Below the pieces are notes generated by a model. The model did no database searches. It was not told where the DNA came from and was given only the letters and a program-made list of their open reading frames with translations. Below are positions 55,077-64,000 of a stretch of DNA of 64,000 nt, piece by piece. The stretch comes from Octopus bimaculoides. Lineage: Eukaryota. The translations under genes and the position numbers were made by a program. The first letter of the stretch is position 1; every line of letters begins with the position of its first letter. Location: NCBI RefSeq assembly GCF_001194135.2, contig NC_068999.1, forward strand, positions 693,332 through 757,331. Direction: 5' to 3'.

Positions 55077-56934
55077 TCATATATATACTAAGATCCTGCG
55101 TAGGACCATGTTACTACCTTTTAAACCCAGGAAAAAATATTTTGCAGCTCGTATTCGGCACACGGTATGCGTCTGAAATATATTACGATTCCTTACTCAC
55201 TGTATGTTTCAGACACAGGTCGTGTGTCGATAACGATCTGGAAAAGATGTTTTCTTGGGGTTAAAAGGTATTTGAGACGTTGTGCAATGCATCTCAAAAC
55301 TTTAATTTTGAGATAAATATTTTTTTAAAATTATTCTCTGTATTATCAGATATTTGTATTTACATGTTTCTATTGTACATATTGTATGTTTCTGAATTTT
55401 TGATTCGTCCAATTATAAATCGAATTACGCCTTTTGTTCCCTTCACATAATCTCCAACTGCAAACGTGTTCGTAAACTAACCTGTAAATGTTTCTTTGCA
55501 TACTTTTGTATCCCTCGAGCCCTTCCGGCTAATTTGTTTATTAGTATTGTTGATATTATCAACAAAGTCCCAATTTTAAATTATAAATACTTCAGTAAAC
55601 GTGCAACAAACAATAGATTGAGAGTGAAAATGTTTTCCGATGTTTCATAATTTATTATCTGCATTAACGCTGATTCAAGGAAAACTTTTCTAAATTTCTC
55701 GCACGGGAAGCGGCAAGATACCCATCAATGTAAATGACAGCAGACACATGCACTCTGAAAAGAGAGAAGGAAACGCAACAGAAAAAAGAACACGAAACAA
55801 CACACATAAATAATGGAAGAACAACGAAGCCAACAACACCAAAATAAAAGAAAAGAAATATAGTTGATTAAGGTTTGAAATATTTATAGTGTTTGAATAA
55901 AAATGTTACAAATATAAAACGTTTCTAGTTGTTTCGAAACGTCTGTTCTATCGCCGCTGTCGTGTTGGAAAGTAAAAGAAACCGAACAAAAATATACATA
56001 AATATCGGTGACAGAATTGATTCGAATCATGCAATGTTTTCATCGTTCCTCGTTCTTCAGAAAATCTCAACTGTTTTCTTTACTTTTGTTTTACATTGTA
56101 TTTATTTTGTTTTTATTCTTTAGTATTGGTGTTTTATATTATTTTTAATCATGTTTTCCTCTTTGTTTTTACTCCATCATTCCACATTATAATGTAATAT
56201 AGTCATTTGTTTAGTTTCTTGTTATTCTATAACGGATCGCTAAAAGCTCTTAAACAACACATATTTTAGCATTGAGGGTTCTAGCAGAGAGATTTTAAGT
56301 TCAATTACTACGGACATGTTTACTTTCCTACATCTAAACTAAATGCTTTATATTTTAACTTGCTATCTTATTACTGCGTTGGCAGTTCAGGTATCACTTA
56401 GGCTGATTTAATATTTTATTCCTGTATAGTCAGAGATTAAATACAAGCATTAACTCTTATTGTCTCAACAAACTAAAGATTTTGTCTACGTAAGGTTTTT
56501 TATCAAGTCCTGCAGTTATTAGATAATGTGATGCGGGATTAACTAATATGAAAAGATGATAAAGGACGAAATGTTTTGGATTATACTTGGATTATACCAC
56601 ATATGACCACGTCTAAAACAGGATTGTCTTCTACACCTTAAACAGAGGCAAACGTTTGCATCAATATTAGCATTAAACGGACAAAAAACTAAAAAAAAAT
56701 CTCTCATTTTCAATTTAAATGAGTGCAAAACCTATAATAATTGTTAGCTCTTGGACAATAACATTTAAAATCGCATTCTCGAAACTTACCTAAAAACATT
56801 CTCTTTCCTTTGATGATGGCTGAATCCATGTAAAATTTTTGAAACATCAGTTGATGATATTCGTCGTTTAAGTTTAATCTTTAAAATCCCTATTAATAGT
56901 TATGGGCAAGCTAACATGGCAGTCCAAAACAATA

Positions 56935-57160
56935 AGACGAATGCTGCTGTTGATTAGCTCCAAGAGGCCATCGCCTCCAGCTAGCTATGTGACACACGAA
57001 CCTGTGTCCATTATAACCTTCGAACAGGGGAGGTCAGCCACTTCCCCTTGCTGGTCTGGCATCTACAGATTAGTTTCAGGGTATTTGCCCCTTATCAATG
57101 TAAAGCAGCCGAACCCAGCAGGCGTCGCAACTGACCATCTGTTCGAAGGATTATTTACCT
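56935..57160. repeat. Probable interspersed-repeat fragment, class unknown
   Basis: GC-rich block GTCAGCCACTTCCCCTTGCTGGTCTGGCATC..CAGAT.AGTTTCAGGGTATTTGCCCCTTATC resembles an Octopus repeat from memory; unverified. Confidence 0.35.
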
Positions 57161-57834
57161 AAATTCAGTGGAATACATCCACTGGTTTTCAAAAATAGAA
57201 ATATTTTCGAAGGTTATAATGGACACTATTGATATCCAGTACTGCTACCATAGTCTCCTTTAGAGAGACTTGGAAATATTAACGATACATTACACATTGA
57301 CTCTGCTTGGTAGAGAATGATTTGTGCCGATAATGACGAATGCAAAGAGCTGTAATGATTTGCCAGACCCTCCATGCTTTGCAGCTTTGCTACAAATGGT
57401 ACCTAAACCGTCCTCCTCTTACGCTACATCGTATTTAAAAAAGAGAATCATTAGGTAGTCTAATCCGGTTCATTTTGTGTCTGAATAAAAACACGGTTTG
57501 CGAACGGCTGGAAAATTTTTCGATATAGGTATATATATCCTGTGTTTCTATTAAGCTCAACACGGACAGCTTCAATATCAAGTGCGACAATAATGGTGAA
57601 AATAATGCCACTGGTGTGAGCTGCAAAGAACAAAAAAAAAGAGAAAGCTGTACATCGTTACATTTCAACATCAGTTGAAAGGTTTCAAAATGGAATAATT
57701 CAGATTATACATCGGTAAGCAAAGGATAAATTACTCATGTCTAAAGTCTGCGATGAAGTGGTAGAAAGGTAAAAAGAAATGATATGGAAGCCAGCGGTGT
57801 GGTTGAGCGAAAAAAAAATATAATCATTATATGG

Positions 57835-58450
57835 TGTATTAGCTGAATCGTTACAGCATGGCACAAATATCTAGATGTAGAATTTTTCCGGTGCTCTGAC
57901 AACTGTGTCTGCATTCCACTAAAGCAAAGTTTTTTTTTGAACTCTCCAGGGTCAAAAGATAAAATACCAGCGAAGATTTAATCGTCTGATCACCTCTCAA
58001 GAATCTACTACTCTTGTCAATATTTCACAAATTAACTGTAAAAGCTATGGTCTGGAGATCAGTTAGAGCATCAGGGGAAATGGTTTGGATGATTTGTTGC
58101 GGTTATTTACGTTTTGAGTTCAAATCCACAAGGGTTAACTTTGTTGTTAATCATTTTGCTTTCGATTAAAATAAGGTACCAGCCGATATGGATGGAATCG
58201 ACTAACACCTTTCTTTTAAACATATATGGCGTTGTACCTTTTCCCATCGCTTCGATAAAATAAAGTACCTATAAAATACTTGGGTTGAAGTAATCAACAG
58301 AACCCTCATCTAAAATTGCTCGTCTTTTGCTTGTATTATAAATATCTAACAGGGGACAGACTGACAGAGTGTCTCAAGCTGCGGAAAAAAATGCAATGAG
58401 TTATTTCTTCCACTCTTAATGTTCTGAGCTCAAATCAGTAATGAAGACAA
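57835..58450 (+). mobile_element. Array of about four degenerate SINE family B copies or fragments
   Basis: Repeated head/B-box blocks (AGCTGAATCGTT at about 57841, TTTTGAGTTCAAATCC at about 58113, TTCTGAGCTCAAATC at about 58421) and core blocks (TTCGAT.AAAATAA.GTACC at about 58163 and 58252). Confidence 0.65.
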
Positions 58451-59863
58451 CATTGTGTCCAACATTGCCTAGTTTAGTAACAACAAATGTTTGTATTGCA
58501 TGTGGCATGAGCTGTCGCCTTTTTTGTTCCCTCTTACTATTGAGTTATGGTTGACTATTTTTAAAGTGTATACAAATATGATTTATACCCACGTAAGACT
58601 CCAATAAAAGCTTCGCAGTCTTATAATAGAAAACGAAAACAGAAGAAATTCTGTAAAAAATATTTTCTTGTTTTGGTTCCACTTCAAATCCTTGCATATT
58701 TGCATCAGTCAGCTCACCTTGTGTTACAAAACATTGGTTTAATGTTTTCCACTGTTTTGTTGTGTTATTTTACAAGGCAAGTTGGGTTTATTTAATTATT
58801 TTTCGTAAAGTTAGAAAGTTCTTTCAATTTTATTAAGGTTTTCCGTTTGCTTTTTTTTTTATTTTCAGCAATAAAAGTAAAATTAAAAATAAAAAAAAAA
58901 ACTTCCCGTAAAAGATAAAGCAAAACAGTTGAATACATTTTTATGACTTCTTTGCAACAGGACAGGCGAGATCGTGTTGTATTTTTAGAAAAAAGTGTCA
59001 AGTGATTTTCAGAATTCAGTTGGTGAAAACCACAACTGTTAATTCAATATTAGTGACCTCAAAATCATTAGCCTCCCTTAGTCAAGAGTGCATATGTGCA
59101 GTTTATTTTACCAGGATCACCATCACCGTTGCATATCTGATTATATACAAATAGAGTTCGAAGTAGACTATTGGCAAAATAACTTTCATTTTTATCTGAA
59201 GAATATATAGAGAGGTAATCAAGAACGGAACTGACTAATATGTGCTTCACAAAGGAAGTACGTTTTTCTCTGTATCGCGAAAGATAAACTCCACAAAGCT
59301 CAGAGTGATAAATAGGATAGCAAATGCTACCATATTGTGTATCGTGATTCTGAAGCGTTTAGATGATAACACCATACTCAAGCTTCTGAGAGTAAGCAGA
59401 AACCATAAAACAAAAGTTAAAATACTGGACTTTCTCAGGAAGGAATTTGCGGCGTTTAATTATGCATTGGTGACATGCATTCAAATTGAGATTTGTCACA
59501 ATAACGATGATTGAGGGAAGTCACACAATACTGCGCTTAGTACACGGTAAAATAAAATGAAATCATTGATTATATACAGTGATACAAAATGGAGCCAATT
59601 TAGAAAACATAACGCGAATAACGGAAATATGTTGAGATTATTATTAAAAAATGAGACATTAGCTATAGTAGTCATTATGGTAACAATCATGATGAAGGCA
59701 AAGATGAGGATGATGGTGGTGTGGATGGCGGCAGCGTTGGTGATAGTGGCGATGGTGAGAATATTGATAATGATGATAATGGTGATGATAGTCGTCAATT
59801 ATACTGAAGATGATGACGCTAGGGTCTATGATTACGATAAAAGTGCTGGGAAAGGTAATAGTA

Positions 59864-59903
<40 letters not shown>

Positions 59904-60193
59904 GGAGGAGGAGGAGGAGGAGGAGGAGGATGAGGTGAAGGTGGCAGAAAATGTAAAAACAAAATGAGTAAGAAGAGGAAGATGTAGAGAGATAAATGTT
60001 AAATATATAAATAATCCTGGGTGAGAGTATAGAGAGAGAGAAGTTATATGAAGACATCATAGCATCACTTTCAGGAGGATTTGGTGCCGTCCTTGAAGAG
60101 AGCAGAACATGTGAGTAGTTTCAGTTTGGCAAGTCGTTAATGGACAAAGCCTTGAAGAAAAACTAATGTTATTGCAATAACAGCAACTACTAG

Positions 60194-60301
<108 letters not shown>

Positions 60302-61300
60302 GAAAACACCATTGACTATACTGAACTAATATTGTGCGCTACACTAATTTCAATTATTGATTGAGAAGAAAGCTTTTCACAAATTTACGTCAACGATAAT
60401 TGAGAGGAGTCATATTAATAATATTTTCTATGTGAAATATTTTTCGGAATCATTAAGAAATCACTTGAAGAACTCCGAAGCAAATATTGTGATGTCGTTC
60501 ACAAGGAGTTGCTATTCATGAATCGGTTCGGTACTTTATCATTTTTATGTTTTTTCTTGTGTTCTTCGTTTCTTATTTGTATTTTGTATTATTTTTTTTT
60601 TAATATTGTTATCCTTTTCAGTGGTATTAAGAAATGTACTTGGATTAGAAGTGGTAATCGGTACAGGATTTAATATTGCATTTTTAATAATATATTTTTA
60701 AAATTATTATTTTAAAGCGTTTCCCATGTCTTTTTCAAACTTCAATTTATATTTAGACAGGTTCATATGAATCAAAATCATGTAATGCCAAGACCAAGAA
60801 ATGTTCAAAGCTCAACGTTTAGTCATCCCCTCCCAAATGAACATCTGAGTTCTTCTATTCTTAGGGAAAAAAACTAACACAGAGCTGTTACTTTTTACAA
60901 TATGCATGCAAATGCGAATTGGAATATTTCATTGCGAAATATTCACACCGCGTGTGGCTTCACAATGTCGGCGTGGGGAAGCTCAAATTTTGGTCGGCAT
61001 TTTTTAAATATCAGATTTTGGAAATAAATCCTCTGTGTATGGTTTTACGAAGTCGAATGCTACGAAATGGCTTCTTCGAGCTTGGACTCAGTAGAATAAA
61101 GAATACTGAGTTGCGTCAGCAATTTGTTTTAATCGAAGAAACGGAAAAGCACAAACTAAAATAGAGGCAAAAATGGGAGAGGTTGTCACAGAGGGATTCA
61201 TTGAATTAAAATTATCTCAATTACAAGCGTCGTTAGCTTTTGAATGTTGATGCTTAATTTTTTTAATGGTTAACGCCCAAGAACAGGACCAAATCCACCG

Positions 61301-61355
61301 ACAGTTTTCCACAGTTTTCCACAGTTTTCCACAGTTTTCCACAGTTTTCCACAGT
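61301..61355. repeat. 10-bp tandem repeat (ACAGTTTTCC)x5.5
   Basis: Five perfect units plus ACAGT. Confidence 0.95.
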
Positions 61356-61815
61356 CCCCGTCTACGAAATTTCAAAGAGAGTCGTATAGTTTATATGTGG
61401 ATGGAATTGTTTAGCCAGTGGTCTTCAGAACCGTATGTCATCACTGCTTTTCAAACCTTTTGCTACTGAGTATTCAAAGACCCCCAACCACGGGCTGCCT
61501 CCATCTAATAAAATAAAACAAACAACAATATTAAAAGCAGCATTACAAATATTAGATATTTAGTTGTGTGTACGTAAATAAAATTGGCTTTCTGGAGTGA
61601 GTGATGGGGCTTTACATTCGTATGCTTTCACTTCGATTTCCAAATTTTACAATCTTTGACCATGTAAAGAATCCAGTCTGCTTCCTTCCAACGATGAGAC
61701 AGATTTTAAAATAATGAGAAATTTCGTTGTTTTTGTTGTTAATCTCCAGGTCAGCCTTGGTCGATGGATACATGATCGAAGACGTTTTCGCTTTGGTGAA
61801 CTCTTAGCAAATTTA

Positions 61816-61895
61816 CAAGATACTTGACTCAAAGTTGGTGCAGAGGAATTGAACCCAAGTCATCGTGTTTATGAAGGTAACTTCTGAGTCACCCA
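61816..61895 (-). mobile_element. SINE family A head fragment
   Basis: AGATACTTGACTCAAAG...GGAATTGAACCC resembles the reverse-complemented head/B-box block of the other copies. Confidence 0.5.
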
Positions 61896-62123
61896 ACGAA
61901 ACAGCTCTTCATTTAATTACCTCGTTATTGAATTTAAAATGTACATCCATAAGTTTGTGTCACTTTTGATATTCTGCGACAAACTGGGAATTGGTATCGA
62001 GTTAAAAGAAATCACTAATTAATTTCAATTACATAGAATTTCTCGCAGACTAAACAGAACATCAACAAATCAACAAAAAAAAAAAAAAGGTAAATGCAAT
62101 ATCAACGATGGTATTTTTTCAAA

Positions 62124-62173
<50 letters not shown>

Positions 62174-62719
62174 CACAAACACAGACACAGAAACACACGC
62201 ACACAAACACACGCACACAAATACATACATACATGCATGCATACATACATACATACATGCATGCATGCATACATACATACATACATACATACATAAATAC
62301 ATACATACATACATATATTGGTTTTCTCTTCATTTAAAAAAAAAAGCAAATTTGAAAACATTAATTTATTAACATTCTGAAAATATAGGTTACTACCGTC
62401 AAGTGTAAACAGCAAAGATTTGTTGTCGATGGATTTATATGATGCAAGCATTAACCCTCATAGCAAAATAGTGCTTATTTAAATATTTGCATCCAAATCC
62501 AGGCTCAATACTGACCCTTAAAATTAGATCCGATTCTTTATTTCGCTCAGTGTATTTATACAATCCATTGACACAAACCATTGATAATTAACCTTTGATG
62601 TGATTCGCACAACCAATCGCACCCTTTTGATTCCTGAATACAAAACATTACTCGCGAGATGCGCCGTCCGTAAGATTTCCTTCATTCACAACGTCACTTT
62701 GCTCCACATGCTATCAGCA

Positions 62720-63010
62720 ATACCAGCATCATCACCGGCACCCCCAGCTCTACTACAACTACCACAACGACCGCCAGAAGAACCAGTACTACCATAGCCA
62801 CAGCCACCACCACTATCATAACCATAACGACAACCATTTCCACTGTTTAATCGCGGTGATGACTACCATGACACCACTAGTATCACAATCACCATCATTA
62901 TCACCACCACCATCACCATTACCACGACCACCACCATCACCACCGCCAGTGACACCACACCTACCACCACCTCCACCAACTGCCAATTAACACTAGCACT
63001 ACCCTCACTG
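62720..63010. repeat. Degenerate (ACC)/(ATC)-rich low-complexity tract
   Basis: Directly visible. Confidence 0.85.
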
Positions 63011-63027
63011 CGATACTACCGCGGCCA

Positions 63028-63156
63028 CCGCCGTGGTCCACTTTGCCTTTCATCCTTTCGGGGTGGATAAATTAAGTACCAGTTGCGTACTGGGGTGGAT
63101 TTAATCGACTTGCTCTCTTCCCTAAAATTTCTGGCCTAGTGCCTAGAATAGAAAAG
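63028..63156 (+). mobile_element. SINE family B, 5'-truncated, well preserved, with a 16-bp target-site duplication
   Basis: CCGCCGTGGTCCACTTTGCCTTTCATCCTTTCGGGGTGGATAAATTAAGTACCAGTTGCGTACTGGGG..., flanked by GATACTACCGCGGCCA (63012-63027) and GATACTACCACGGCCA (63157-63172). Confidence 0.9.
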
Positions 63157-64000
63157 GATACTACCACGGCCAGTACTAGTACCATGATCAGCCCCACCGC
63201 CGCCGCCATCACTTGCACCAAACACTGTTATACTGGCTATTCGGCCATCATTACATTTCATCTGGTAAATTTATAGATTCTATGTGAACAGGATTCATTG
63301 CTTTAAAACCCTCGTGAGGAATTAGAGAAATGTCGCCACTTTAGAATATGTAACAACGACAATATTTCGCAATGTAGACAACGACATAAAGATGTCTAAA
63401 GACAAATAATAGATATATTACTTTCATTATTTGTATGTATACAGATAGTGGGAACATAAGTTGAAAAAAAAAAATCATCGCAGCATTTATCAGCTTTGTC
63501 TCTTGGCGAGACTTAAAGTGAAGAATACAGTAATGAGGATAACTGCAATGGCGTTCTAATGTTTAAAACACAGCGCTTCAGCAGGGAACTAATGATATAA
63601 TTGATGCATAAATATTGGCTTAATTATATATCGTATTCTTGTAATATATCGGTTAAAATATTCGCTGAGGGTGACATGTCTGTTTCCGTCTAACTTTGCA
63701 ACATATATATGAAACGAACATGTGTGTGTGTGTGTGTGTGTATTTATATGTATATATTTTTGTACGTTTTGTATATAAGTATGTGTACGTTTATATCTTT
63801 CCATTCCTACATTTAGATTATTTCTTTTTTATAAATATTTCCATTAGACTTTGTTTTTCAAGCCTGGCTGAATGCAACAACACACAACATATTTCCATAT
63901 GTAAATACAATCATTACAGTTTCGGTAGCAGTCCAGACTCCCACATATACATGCGTATATTTACACATATACATACATATGTGTGTATGTGTGTGCGTCT

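Noticed and set aside
59242-59514. 90-aa non-repetitive ORF; similarly 23974-24333 and 60919-61164
   Set aside because: No recognisable motif or convincing gene context; a few ORFs of this length are expected by chance across six frames.
60075-60110. Plus-strand 36-nt AG/GTGAGT-bounded segment (GGFGAVLEESRT or EDLVPSLKRAEH); similar 24-nt segment near 47315
   Set aside because: Isolated, with no partner exons; the kinase glycine-loop resemblance is too short.

Overview
AT-rich, microsatellite-saturated eukaryotic draft-assembly DNA with 11 N-gaps. The repeats resemble, from memory and not from a database search, those of an octopod cephalopod (Octopus). No long ORF is credible: nearly all entries in the ORF track are translated microsatellites or run across Ns. 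Supported content: many copies of two tRNA-derived SINE families (called A and B here); decayed fragments of mariner, Tx1/L1-like, CR1/L2-group and R4/Dong-like elements; a possible PIF/Harbinger fossil; and a 344-bp foldback element. The best gene candidate is a minus-strand spliced unit at 653-2651 that would encode a 46-aa peptide I cannot assign to a family. I see no convincing evidence of a new biological system. The best leads are the spliced micro-ORF, the foldback element and the inverted SINE pairs.
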